Virus record (IMG/VR): IMGVR_UViG_3300049201_000035
Location: 1,143-65,142 of that record
Origin: a virus
Length of the DNA stretch: 64,000 nt
Direction: 5' to 3' (one strand)
Position numbers and translations under genes: made by a program. The notes below the pieces were generated by a model. It made no database searches and had not been told where the DNA came from. It was given only the letters and a program-made list of their open reading frames with translations. Of this stretch, positions 10,181-19,513 are shown piece after piece (position 1 is the first letter of the stretch; each line of letters begins with the position of its first letter).

Positions 10181-10486
10181 TTAAACAATATCTTCGTAGA
10201 ATCTAATAAAAATCTTTTCCATTTTGCTCAATAACTCCTGGTCTGCTCCCTCTTTGTAACACTTGTTAGATCGTTGTTCCATGTACCCTCTGACGACGCT
10301 GATGATAGTTCGGTCGACGTCGCTTCCATCACCACATCGCTGATCGAACGACGGTGTGGTGTTATTAATTACTTTTGTGTCAGAATTTTCCTTTTCCCTA
10401 GCGAATCCGATCTTCGTCCTTTCCATGTCATGTTTGAGGATTGTTAAGTTGATAAATTGGTGAGTAGTGTAAGCTGCTGTTTTCAT
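10181..10486 (-). CDS. Hypothetical protein
   Basis: 101 aa ORF convergent on TMP. Confidence 0.45.
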   Translation of the reverse strand: MKTAAYTTHQFINLTILKHDMERTKIGFAREKENSDTKVINNTTPSFDQRCGDGSDVDRTIISVVRGYMEQRSNKCYKEGADQELLSKMEKIFIRFYEDIV

Positions 10487-10681
10487 AAGTAAACTTTTAA
10501 AGGGTTAGTCGTCACCTGAAAGTTATATATTAATGATTACTTAATAACTAAAATTTAGGGTGTTTTATTAGTATTATTTCTACAGATTCTGTATTTTAAG
10601 ATTCATAAATATAATTATTCCTATTTCAACTTGTAGATATAATTCAGTTGCCATTGAATTCTAGCTACTTATCATCGGTGC

Positions 10682-11299
10682 ATGTTTGAACAATCCATAG
10701 CGATACCCACATACGTCAAAAACCGGTTAAATGGCAGTAAGTTAGGAGAATTGCTGATTCGGTTACAAAGGCAGTTTCCAAAGTTCAACTTTTATGCTGA
10801 TAAGCCCGATTGGATGACTACAAACGACTTTTTGCTCGCTTACAAGCCTGTGAATTTTCGTTTTTATTTCGAATATGGGCAGATTAACCGCTGGTTTTTG
10901 GGACTAATAAAACAGGCTGAGTCAGACTACCGTTCGGGGGATATTGACAAGGCGGTATGGATTTACGAAACGTTGGCGGAGCAACGGTATCCAGGCTGCC
11001 GGCCGTATGATCTTTTGATCCGGCATTACCGGCGGGTGAGTGACAGGGAGAACGAGCTCCGGGCGCTTCGCCTTTCAATCAGTTTCTTTACCGCGCTCAG
11101 GGATATGCAGAAGGATTATGTACTTTCGCTGGCCAAGGATGTCGGGAAGGAGTCGTTCGCGCTGGAATACATCAATGCCGGCAAGAAAATCCATTATTAT
11201 GGCGGGGCTTTTGTGCTTTACGATCCGGTTAGGGTGATGGGGGAGTGGGAAAAACAAATTGAAAAATACAATGGATACGATACAGCTTATAGTAGGTAG
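10682..11299 (+). CDS. Hypothetical protein, TPR-like helices
   Basis: AESDYRSGDIDKAVWIYE..PYDLLIRHY resembles TPR. Confidence 0.55.
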   Translation: MFEQSIAIPTYVKNRLNGSKLGELLIRLQRQFPKFNFYADKPDWMTTNDFLLAYKPVNFRFYFEYGQINRWFLGLIKQAESDYRSGDIDKAVWIYETLAEQRYPGCRPYDLLIRHYRRVSDRENELRALRLSISFFTALRDMQKDYVLSLAKDVGKESFALEYINAGKKIHYYGGAFVLYDPVRVMGEWEKQIEKYNGYDTAYSR

Positions 11300-11798
11300 T
11301 TCATTTGTTGGTGCCGTTGTTTCGTTCTTGGCAACGTTTCTAAGCGCTCGCTACATGCAAAACATGAGCTATCGGCAGGATTACTACAAAAAGGTGATCG
11401 ATAAAAGGATACAATCCTACGAAGACGCCTATCACGCTGTAAACTACCTTCAAATTATCAATATCGGCAAATCAGGCAAGAAGTCTCATGCTTCATTGAT
11501 CAACAGAAGGAGGTATTCTGACTTTATGGTAACAATGGGAGTCGGAACGTTTAAGGGGCTTTGGCTGTCGAAAGAGGCGTCAATTGCACTAACGGATTTG
11601 AACCAGCTTCTCTTTAATAAGCTCGGCCATTTTGATGAATCCGGAGATACGGATGACATAGATCCGGAAATGGAGAAAATTGCAGAGGAGAATTACGATG
11701 CGATCTTGGCAAAAAAGGACTCTATTCGAAATCAGGTGCTAAAAGACATGCAGAATCTCTATGATATTCAGGGATTTTTGAAATCCAAGCAATCGTAA
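11271..11798 (+). CDS. Membrane-anchored hypothetical (moron-like)
   Basis: N-terminal TM (LIVGSSFVGAVVSFLATFL) then helical domain. Confidence 0.6.
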   Translation: MDTIQLIVGSSFVGAVVSFLATFLSARYMQNMSYRQDYYKKVIDKRIQSYEDAYHAVNYLQIINIGKSGKKSHASLINRRRYSDFMVTMGVGTFKGLWLSKEASIALTDLNQLLFNKLGHFDESGDTDDIDPEMEKIAEENYDAILAKKDSIRNQVLKDMQNLYDIQGFLKSKQS

Positions 11799-11807
11799 TC
11801 AGAATCA

Positions 11808-12203
11808 TCAAACACACGTCAAGCTCCCTTTCTGAATAATCTCATTCCCATTTTCCAGCAAATGTTGGTACGCCTTAAAGTTGAATACTTTCACGACGTT
11901 GTCGCCCTGATCATCCAAGGGAATAAATCCCTTTTTGGATGTCAGGTGAGTGTAGAACCTTTCATTCATAATTTCGAGCACAAGCAGGTTCTTCCCGTCT
12001 CGCTTGCATGAATTCTCAAACCATTCGAACACGTCGTCAAGGTGCCCGTTACCTGGCTCATCGTTGAGAATTGACAAGATGAAATAGCTGTCTTTCAGGC
12101 AGCCCCATTGACCGTTGCAAGTTCCAATTTTGAACAGGCTATATGGGAAATCATCCGCATTTAGAAAGTCTAGTTTGTGCGAGGATTGAAAGGGAGTGAT
12201 CAT
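11808..12203 (-). CDS. GNAT-like hypothetical protein
   Basis: ILNDEPGNGH motif-A-like segment, N...Y...KKGF; start by ATGA overlap at 12203. Confidence 0.45.
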   Translation of the reverse strand: MITPFQSSHKLDFLNADDFPYSLFKIGTCNGQWGCLKDSYFILSILNDEPGNGHLDDVFEWFENSCKRDGKNLLVLEIMNERFYTHLTSKKGFIPLDDQGDNVVKVFNFKAYQHLLENGNEIIQKGSLTCV

Positions 12204-12463
12204 AACATTTCTATCAAAAGGATGATTTGCTCTATTGAGATGCAATTTTTCAACTGAATCCCGATGTGATCAGGGTGATCCCCGTAGTTATACTCGAAAA
12301 GGCGAACAGTGGGGGTATCTCGATAAAAGTCGACCATTACCCCTCTGGATTCAAACTCTCCAAACACATAGTCTATATCAGTGCTGTGGAAAAGCCTTTC
12401 TTTTCTAAAACCTGCATATAGGAGCGATTCCTTTGTTATCGGCGTTTGTGTTGTTGTGCTCAT
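12200..12463 (-). CDS. Hypothetical protein
   Basis: 87 aa, coupled operon. Confidence 0.55.
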   Translation of the reverse strand: MSTTTQTPITKESLLYAGFRKERLFHSTDIDYVFGEFESRGVMVDFYRDTPTVRLFEYNYGDHPDHIGIQLKNCISIEQIILLIEML

Positions 12464-12472
12464 GGTTATGAA

Positions 12473-12823
12473 TTAAAAATCTCCTTCCGCAACTTGCAAA
12501 CATACCAATCCAAGGCTTCTCCACAGGTCAACCACCTGATTACGATCATCTAGCACAAAATCAATATTGAATTTGCCTCGGATATGCTCATCGAACATTT
12601 CATTCTTAACAATGGAATCCCGGCGCATATCCCCCGTTTTTCGCATGTGAAGTCCAAAGTATTTGATATTGTGCTTGGAAAGAAACGTCTCTGTTTGCGT
12701 GCGGTATCTTTCATCGCGGCCGGAAGTGAAAATCACCATCCTGCCAGCCAGTATAGAATTTACCACTTCGTTCAAAACGTCATTTTCGCATGTGGATGCG
12801 TCGTAAGGATTCCGTCCATTCAA
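12473..12823 (-). CDS. PNKP 3'-phosphatase (HAD) C-terminal part, separated by frameshift
   Basis: IFTSGR, DDRNQVVDLWR motifs of T4 PseT phosphatase; lacks its DxDGT motif, which sits in the upstream frame. Confidence 0.8.
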   Translation of the reverse strand: MNGRNPYDASTCENDVLNEVVNSILAGRMVIFTSGRDERYRTQTETFLSKHNIKYFGLHMRKTGDMRRDSIVKNEMFDEHIRGKFNIDFVLDDRNQVVDLWRSLGLVCLQVAEGDF

Positions 12824-13311
12824 TAGGCATAAAGCCCATCCAGATCGCAGATAATAGCATGAGGTAGCCCTTCGATGCGTTCGATGGGAGTCACATCTGG
12901 TTTAAGAAATTGATTGTACATCCGGCGAATAACCGCCTCGCCGACGGAACGAGATCGATTTAAATCGCGTGCAATACAAGTTTCGATCGGGACATCCGTA
13001 AAGTCCTGAATCCTAACTTCCGCCATTCCTTTAACGATCTGCCGAATTCTGTCCTCGTGCTTGGCCGCTAGATTGGTATCGTCAACAATGACGTGCTTTC
13101 CGGCGTGCAAAGAAATCATGATCAGCGCGTCCCTGGTTCCAAGAATGAATTTCTCAGCATCATTAGAATGAACGCCATTGTCGAGCATGTCGCGTAAGTC
13201 ATCCTTCGAAATCCGCTTGTAGGCATTCGGATTTTCAGCCACCTTCTGTTTGGCCCATGTTGATTTACCAGATCCCGGCAATCCCTTCATAATAATTACT
13301 TGTAACATCAT
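12820..13311 (-). CDS. Polynucleotide kinase domain (T4 PseT-like)
   Basis: GLPGSGKST P-loop, DDLRDML, IVDDTN, CIARD; ends DLDG then shifts frame. Confidence 0.88.
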   Translation of the reverse strand: MMLQVIIMKGLPGSGKSTWAKQKVAENPNAYKRISKDDLRDMLDNGVHSNDAEKFILGTRDALIMISLHAGKHVIVDDTNLAAKHEDRIRQIVKGMAEVRIQDFTDVPIETCIARDLNRSRSVGEAVIRRMYNQFLKPDVTPIERIEGLPHAIICDLDGLYAY

Positions 13312-14318
13312 TCGTCTTTTTTAAATGCTTTTGAATATTTTGGTCTTATTAGCTTCCATACGTTCTGATCAAATGGTTTCCCGTCAAGCATGTTGAATAG
13401 AATTGACGGGTATCGCTGCTGCTGGAAGTAGAGCGCCGATTCTTTCCTTGTTTCGAATGTTTTGAAAACAGAATGACACTCACTGCATATTTCCTCAAAC
13501 TGTGTTCTTAATTGCTGTTCGGTCAATTTTAGCCAATCGTAGAATTCATCAGGAACCATTTCCAGCAATTCATCAAGCGGCTGTCCGGCTGAGAGGTATT
13601 CCCATATTGCAATATTTGAGATGCCAGTCAGGATTCTATGCAGGCGAACGTATTCTTCAAACTTCACTTTGATGCGAAATCCACTTTCGAAGCGAATCAC
13701 AAAGCCTTCTGCATTGCCTGAATTCTCTGCTTTCAGTTGCCGTAAGTCTGAGACTCCGTCGAACCTGCGAACGACCGGAAAGCCAATATGCTCAATTGAT
13801 TCGGCGCCGGTCTGATTATCGATAATCGTCAGTAAGAAAATGTCATCAACATCCCCATAGTTGACCACAATCCGGTTTTCCGGATAAATGATCTCGAAAA
13901 GATATGTCTTGCTTCGGTCGACCAGTTCCGTTAGGTGACCGTACTTGGCTCTGAGAACTTCGGTTGCATGCAGCGCTTGATCGCTTACGAAGCTGCCGCG
14001 GGTCGCAATGAATGGCATATCGCCCAGCCAGTATAAAATACCCAGTGATCCGTCCAGCTTTTCGAACACTTCGAAGGGTTCTATTGGGATATTTTCCGGT
14101 GCGTGTTCTTCCAAGTTGAAAAACTTACCGAAAGCTCTCGCAACGACATTCATATCTGCGTCCAATATCAAGCCCCTGGTTTGAAGCGTGACTTCATCCC
14201 AAAGTCTGTCATACTGCACTTTCGGGGTGTAATTGTAGATGAAAAGGTCGGCAGACGGGTGCTTCTGAACAGAAACCAGCTTCTGGGATACTCTTTCGGT
14301 AAGTAGTTCTTTATTCAT
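13308..14318 (-). CDS. RNA ligase, T4 Rnl1-like
   Basis: EKLDGS (motif I), ATRGSF, YLFEII, EGFVI, RIKVK. Confidence 0.88.
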   Translation of the reverse strand: MNKELLTERVSQKLVSVQKHPSADLFIYNYTPKVQYDRLWDEVTLQTRGLILDADMNVVARAFGKFFNLEEHAPENIPIEPFEVFEKLDGSLGILYWLGDMPFIATRGSFVSDQALHATEVLRAKYGHLTELVDRSKTYLFEIIYPENRIVVNYGDVDDIFLLTIIDNQTGAESIEHIGFPVVRRFDGVSDLRQLKAENSGNAEGFVIRFESGFRIKVKFEEYVRLHRILTGISNIAIWEYLSAGQPLDELLEMVPDEFYDWLKLTEQQLRTQFEEICSECHSVFKTFETRKESALYFQQQRYPSILFNMLDGKPFDQNVWKLIRPKYSKAFKKDE

Positions 14319-14616
14319 CCTCAATCCTTTCAAGCGACAACTTCTTTTTCTTCTTCACCACAATCACCTCCACTTCGGACGTAATAATCTCATACTTTAC
14401 CAATGGCGGGAAAAACTCCTCTAATGATTTTCCAAACAGCGAAGCAAATTGCCATAGCCTGTGAGAATCGCATGCTTGCTTGCCCTGTTCGATGTTGACC
14501 ACGCTAGTCCTTGACAATCCGAGCACTTCGGCGATAACCTCCTGAATTACTTTCTTTTCCTTTCTAAACTCGGCAATTCGATGACCGACGTAGATGTTTA
14601 GTTCTGTTTCAGTCAT
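14311..14616 (-). CDS. XRE-family HTH regulator
   Basis: RIAEFRK..QEVIAEVLGLSRTSVVNIEQG. Confidence 0.85.
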   Translation of the reverse strand: MTETELNIYVGHRIAEFRKEKKVIQEVIAEVLGLSRTSVVNIEQGKQACDSHRLWQFASLFGKSLEEFFPPLVKYEIITSEVEVIVVKKKKKLSLERIEDE

Positions 14617-14959
14617 TGCTTTCTACGATTTTACGAATCATCAATCCACCACTCAAAACGTGTTCAAGCATCGGCCCTTTCAGCTTCAATACTTTTTTCA
14701 AATCCGGGCGATACCATTCCTGCGTTGGCTGCATATCCGGAGCAATGTCACGGTATCCGGTACTCGACGCTCTAAGGTTGCATGTTTCACACGTGTAAAA
14801 CATGGGCGTTACTCCGGCGTCGACATCTCTCATTTTGGTCACGTGGCCGGATTGGCAGACATAACAGTTAACCCGGTTGGATAAATCCACCTTGTAATAG
14901 TCATTTGTGCGCACATCGGCTATGAGCTTGTTGTAGCGTCTTTCGATTTCTCGTTTCAT
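14609..14959 (-). CDS. Hypothetical zinc-binding protein
   Basis: CxxxH and CxxC pairs. Confidence 0.55.
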   Translation of the reverse strand: MKREIERRYNKLIADVRTNDYYKVDLSNRVNCYVCQSGHVTKMRDVDAGVTPMFYTCETCNLRASSTGYRDIAPDMQPTQEWYRPDLKKVLKLKGPMLEHVLSGGLMIRKIVESND

Positions 14960-15315
14960 AAATCCTCAATTTTAATTACCGTTTTTTGATCCTCCTTTTT
15001 GGAAACACGCTCTTGCAGGTATTCGCGCTGCTGAATGATAGATTGTTTATCATCGACTATGACCCCGGAGATCACAAAGGCATCAGCTATTATTTTGCCG
15101 GTAGACACAATATTGTCATAATCAGTCATCGGCCGCAATCCGTACCGAGTGAGTGTCCATTTAACCGCCCCTAGGTGCTTGTTGGTCGTTTTCGACTTGA
15201 TCCACCACACATAAGTATCACGAAGCTTATTCCTTTTCCTCCAATGCATGCGAAGCAAACCGAACTTCCCATTCATGCCGGCCACTTTCCCGGGAAATGT
15301 TATTTCGGTTATCAT
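14956..15315 (-). CDS. rusA: RusA-like Holliday junction resolvase
   Basis: DYDN...K...DAF...GVIVDD catalytic pattern. Confidence 0.65.
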   Translation of the reverse strand: MITEITFPGKVAGMNGKFGLLRMHWRKRNKLRDTYVWWIKSKTTNKHLGAVKWTLTRYGLRPMTDYDNIVSTGKIIADAFVISGVIVDDKQSIIQQREYLQERVSKKEDQKTVIKIEDL

Positions 15316-15524
15316 AACACCACGACCCTTTCATTGCCGGACACTTTCCGACTGTAAGTCTGATTGGAAATGACGAACCGGTTCTTTTTAATCCGTTCAA
15401 TCTGCGTGTAAGTGCTTTTCGAATGTGGCGAGTTGCGCCGGAATCCTTTTGAAACAATCATGTGATCCTGCCCCTGCATCAGGGTAAATATTTTGACTAG
15501 GTTCTCTTGGTTTTTGGTAAGCAT
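15312..15524 (-). CDS. Hypothetical protein
   Basis: 70 aa, AACACACT leader, ATGA overlap. Confidence 0.55.
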   Translation of the reverse strand: MLTKNQENLVKIFTLMQGQDHMIVSKGFRRNSPHSKSTYTQIERIKKNRFVISNQTYSRKVSGNERVVVL

Positions 15525-15539
15525 AGTGTGTTATGAATC

Positions 15540-15944
15540 TTAATATTTTCGTTTTCCCAGACCAAAGAATATTCCTCCTTCGGAAGTCATTCTGGAAATA
15601 GCTTTTTCCAGGTCAATGAAGTAGATGCATCTATTATCAGCCAATGTTTTTATTTCAGAAACTGGGAGTGCAAATAATTTGCCCAATTGAGCATAAACAG
15701 GAATGCCCAAACCTGCCATCTGACGAATTTCACAAATATCACATACACCACTTAGTTTGACTTGCCACACGATTTGATACAATTCCTCTGGATTGCACCC
15801 TACGCCGGCGGCGATATCATCAAGGCTTGATTTTAGTTTATCTGATAGGTTCATGGCTTCTAGTGTCATAATCTTAAACATATTGCCATCATGCTGTTCA
15901 AAAACGAATGTGCCGACGACGGGGATAGTAGAGGGTTGAGGCAT
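15540..15944 (-). CDS. Hypothetical protein
   Basis: 134 aa in operon. Confidence 0.55.
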   Translation of the reverse strand: MPQPSTIPVVGTFVFEQHDGNMFKIMTLEAMNLSDKLKSSLDDIAAGVGCNPEELYQIVWQVKLSGVCDICEIRQMAGLGIPVYAQLGKLFALPVSEIKTLADNRCIYFIDLEKAISRMTSEGGIFFGLGKRKY

Positions 15945-15949
15945 AAGGT

Positions 15950-16504
15950 TCAGTTGTTGAATATGTAAATGACTTTGGCGGATTCAATCTCAGTCAATCC
16001 CTTAAATGTGTCCGTCCTGACGAAGTGATCCTTCTGCTCTAAAAGCATGTCCGAATCATCATCAATAATGACATATTGAAATGCATTGTTGATGAATCCT
16101 TTACCTTCGACTTTTCGAACGAATAAGTCTATCCAGGCTTTGATTTCAACACCTCGGGGAATTGGCAAATGCGCTGCTTTTTCAACGAATTCGTATCCGC
16201 GCATCGTTTCGCCCACGATCCGGTCTGGATACTTAAATCCCCTTTCCTCGAAAACCTTTCTAATCCATTGTAAGTCCCTTTTTCTCCATGATGAAGAAAT
16301 TACGATGTAGCAGTCTGTTTTATGGACAATGCTATTCAAGTGCTCAACCGCCTTCGGGTTGAACATATGATCATGGTTTTCATCTCTGTTTCCTGCGGAG
16401 AAGTCGGTGGCCATCACGCCGTCGATGTCAAGAAAGATTAACCGGACCTCCTGTGAGCAGTTGAGTCCTTCGCAGATGCCGTGGTATTTTGTGAGTTTTG
16501 ACAT
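15950..16504 (-). CDS. HAD phosphatase, HAD_SAK_2 (Swiss-army-knife RNA repair-like)
   Basis: FLDIDGV, VISSSWR, RGVEI..W, YVIIDDDSDM, GLT. Confidence 0.8.
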   Translation of the reverse strand: MSKLTKYHGICEGLNCSQEVRLIFLDIDGVMATDFSAGNRDENHDHMFNPKAVEHLNSIVHKTDCYIVISSSWRKRDLQWIRKVFEERGFKYPDRIVGETMRGYEFVEKAAHLPIPRGVEIKAWIDLFVRKVEGKGFINNAFQYVIIDDDSDMLLEQKDHFVRTDTFKGLTEIESAKVIYIFNN

Positions 16505-16717
16505 TTCAATTCAAATTGTGGACAAACACCAGCGGCGTGTTGCAGATATAGAAAACATGAACCTCCGAAGGCGCTTTGATGCAAACGTTTTGGTCTTCAA
16601 CGAAAACCAGGTGTATCGGCGAAACCAGATCCGTCATTTCGTGCTTGATCATAATTCAATTTCAAGGGCGATTGCTTCGAGAATGGAGCAGAGCCAGTCG
16701 GTTATCTGTGTCATGGT

Positions 16718-16954
16718 TTATAGCTTATATTCCCACCCGGTGTGATCATTTCCTTTAATACCGAAGTTTGAATGGCATTTACTGCATCGATATAAGATTG
16801 ACTTCGTGTTCCGGTCTACGCTGACATCATTTCCATGTTCGTCATACCTAGTCGAGAATGCCATAAGCGTAGTTGCTCTGCCGAGCTCTGTTCTATCTGT
16901 CCCAACTTTGCATGTTGGGCATATTGGGATTGTCCCAGTGAATTCTACTTTCAT
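16718..16954 (-). CDS. Zinc-ribbon hypothetical protein
   Basis: CPTC and CSKC. Confidence 0.55.
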   Translation of the reverse strand: MKVEFTGTIPICPTCKVGTDRTELGRATTLMAFSTRYDEHGNDVSVDRNTKSILYRCSKCHSNFGIKGNDHTGWEYKL

Positions 16955-17649
16955 GCTTCCTGGCGTTCAATTCGGTTTGACAAAAGGTCGTTAAGTTCAT
17001 CCACCCATTCCTTCGGTATTTTGTCGCCTCGGTTGATTACGCGGATAATAGCGTCGTTAATGCCGGTGATCCTTTGGAATTCGTGTTGCTCTCGCGGGAA
17101 TAGGTCGCGGGATGGGTCTCGCTGTTCATTTGGTTTGTCGGATATTTCGGTGTTCAGTCCGTCGGCGAGAGGGCCGCTCGCGATTCGGTTTGTGAAGTGG
17201 GCGACTAATTCTTCCATAGTGGCCTTGCGGAATAATTCAACATCAATCCCTCCGTATGATTGACCTGATTCACTTATGATAGAATAAATACCGTCGTCGT
17301 AGTTGGCAGACGCAACCCTTGATAGTCCAGCAACGGATTTCGCGTGGCCATATTCTCCAACAAAAGGGGCTGGGTATTCGGTCATCGCAGCGATCGCCAA
17401 AAACAAATCGGGATTGAAGTGGTCGATGTGATAAAACAAACGCGACTCTAAAACACGATCAGTTTGAATATAGGCAAGAACACAAGGTCTATCATCCTTT
17501 CCATAATCGTCAGTAAATGCTTTCCAAGGGAACCCCCGATCCGAAACCTCTTGACATTGATATCCCAAATCTTTCATTGCCAGCCAGAGCTTACCCCATT
17601 CTTCGAAGCTGGGCACGTCCATTGATACTTTCTGTACAAACTTTCTCAT
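16951..17649 (-). CDS. Hypothetical protein
   Basis: 232 aa in operon. Confidence 0.6.
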   Translation of the reverse strand: MRKFVQKVSMDVPSFEEWGKLWLAMKDLGYQCQEVSDRGFPWKAFTDDYGKDDRPCVLAYIQTDRVLESRLFYHIDHFNPDLFLAIAAMTEYPAPFVGEYGHAKSVAGLSRVASANYDDGIYSIISESGQSYGGIDVELFRKATMEELVAHFTNRIASGPLADGLNTEISDKPNEQRDPSRDLFPREQHEFQRITGINDAIIRVINRGDKIPKEWVDELNDLLSNRIERQEA

Positions 17650-17651
17650 AG

Positions 17652-18221
17652 CTATTTTTCGGATTTAAGGTTTGATTGGAGGGATTTTAGGTGTTCGAGT
17701 TGCTTGCTCGCTTCGGCGGCTCTTTCAGTTGCTTCAAGAAGTTGCTTCGCTCTTTCTTCGACAGATTCAGCGCACCACTTAACACGCGACTCGTATTCGC
17801 TAATGCCTTTCTTCAAAGCCTGTTCTTTTGTCGGAAAGTGCGTATTATTATACATTAAAATACCTTCTTCGGTTAGATTAGGCCATCCGTGGGCATCAGT
17901 CGCCGACTCATTGAGTTGACCATCTTCCACCCAGTAAACAGGCAGTGGATTTTCTATTTCGTCTTTCCCTTCAATGATTTCAGCCAGTTCGCCGGATTTC
18001 ATTAATTCATCCAGCTTGTCATAAATCAACAAAAGCTCACCATCAAGACTTGATCTGCCTTTGTTTCCATAATCCAAAGCAAGCCTCCTGAATCTTATCG
18101 GATTCTTGTCTACGCTGATCAAGTCATGGCATAGCGGGCCACCTACTGCGATATAGTCGGCATGATCACTGAGAATATACTTAGTGTCATTCAGAATCTT
18201 TCGGAGTAATCTTGCTTTCAT
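17652..18221 (-). CDS. Hypothetical protein
   Basis: 189 aa, C-terminal coiled coil. Confidence 0.6.
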   Translation of the reverse strand: MKARLLRKILNDTKYILSDHADYIAVGGPLCHDLISVDKNPIRFRRLALDYGNKGRSSLDGELLLIYDKLDELMKSGELAEIIEGKDEIENPLPVYWVEDGQLNESATDAHGWPNLTEEGILMYNNTHFPTKEQALKKGISEYESRVKWCAESVEERAKQLLEATERAAEASKQLEHLKSLQSNLKSEK

Positions 18222-18224
18222 GGT

Positions 18225-18555
18225 AGGTTTCGGTTTACCCCCGACCGGATTGCCGGGGGTTGGCTGCGAGTCAAATTGCCGTCGCTGGCTGTTATGATGT
18301 ATAGCGTTATGTGAGGGTCTAAAAACTCCCGGCGCCCGTGCGTTAACCGGGAGGATGGAGGTGAAGTAACTTCCTAATCGGGCCTCCTAGATGCAACCGC
18401 GCATCACTCCGCCAGCGGTACTTTCCCTTCACGAGGATCAGTCGTTACTTCGCTGGGTATTGGGATACTTTTTGATCGGACTACCGCCCCAAAAGAGCTT
18501 CCTGTTTGTTTGTTCACATCAAAACACTACTAACTATGGAAGGTTAAACATCGCC
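18225..18555 (-). ncRNA. Candidate structured non-coding RNA
   Basis: ~330 nt gap holding at least five GC-rich hairpins. Confidence 0.35.
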
Positions 18556-18558
18556 CGA

Positions 18559-19008
18559 TCAATATTTTATATCTGCTTTGGCGCTTTTGTCCGCGTGGAA
18601 CAACTTTGAAACCAAAAGCAGTAGTGGGTATGAAGGATGAGCTTTAAAATGTTCAGATTGAGACATTATTACCTCTGGTGTAGCGCAGTCAACTCGACCA
18701 TCTTCCATCTCATACAGTATCACGTAGCCATTTTCATCGACAAACCGGAGGGAGTAGTTTGAAAAGCAAGTGTCCTCGCTTGTTGATGCAACCAGGACGC
18801 GTTCTTGTCTTTTTATAATCCTTTCCGTTACTTCCGCCCGAATTGCCGCCGTGTTTTCACGAATTGCGTCGAGAGAACTATTGCATGAATGAATCAGCCT
18901 GTCTATATTTTGAGCCTTCGCCTTCATCTCTTGATCAAGAAATAAAGCACTATTCCATTTAAATAGCCTTGATAGCCTTTTTAGAATTTCAATAAGGAGG
19001 TGCTTCAT
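18559..19008 (-). CDS. Hypothetical protein
   Basis: Start taken at ATG 19008. Confidence 0.55.
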   Translation of the reverse strand: MKHLLIEILKRLSRLFKWNSALFLDQEMKAKAQNIDRLIHSCNSSLDAIRENTAAIRAEVTERIIKRQERVLVASTSEDTCFSNYSLRFVDENGYVILYEMEDGRVDCATPEVIMSQSEHFKAHPSYPLLLLVSKLFHADKSAKADIKY

Positions 19009-19079
19009 TGCCTTAGTTTTTGTTAAAAAGTTTATTAACGTACCGCTCCCATCCAATGCAGGCGATGAGAAGGAGGTGT

Positions 19080-19292
19080 CTATACACTATCATCTTTTGA
19101 ATAGATTGGAACGATCAGATAGCTTCCTGAATGCCTTTTAAATACTTCTAACAGGAATTCTTCCGCTTCTTTCTCAGTTTCAAATGATAGGATTGTTTTG
19201 TCGTCATTGTGAATTAGCTGTGCATTAAAATCAGACATAAACCAGTTGACTAAGGAATCAACAATTCCGATAATGGTAAATCGCTTTTTCAT
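19080..19292 (-). CDS. Hypothetical protein
   Basis: ATGA-coupled start at 19292. Confidence 0.5.
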   Translation of the reverse strand: MKKRFTIIGIVDSLVNWFMSDFNAQLIHNDDKTILSFETEKEAEEFLLEVFKRHSGSYLIVPIYSKDDSV

Positions 19293-19513
19293 TCCCCTTT
19301 CCGTTTTCCGTTCCAATACTTCAAAACTGCCTTTTCGAAGTTCTCTTTTGACTTGAACTTGGCTCGGTGGAATGTTCTTAAATCGACGAATTGAACATAG
19401 CTCAGTTCTGAATCACACTCTCTGATCAGCGGATCATCGAAGATTGATGCGTCGAGATGCGGCCCTCCTGTTTGCTGGATTTCGATTGACAGTCCGAACT
19501 TTGCTTTTGTCAT
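19289..19513 (-). CDS. Hypothetical protein
   Basis: 74 aa coupled ORF. Confidence 0.5.
   Translation of the reverse strand: MTKAKFGLSIEIQQTGGPHLDASIFDDPLIRECDSELSYVQFVDLRTFHRAKFKSKENFEKAVLKYWNGKRKGE

Noticed and set aside
18405-18460. CTGAT..GAAA and TCCTCGT suggesting a hammerhead or HDV/theta ribozyme
   Set aside because: CUGANGA core is incomplete and P3/P1 pairings could not be built
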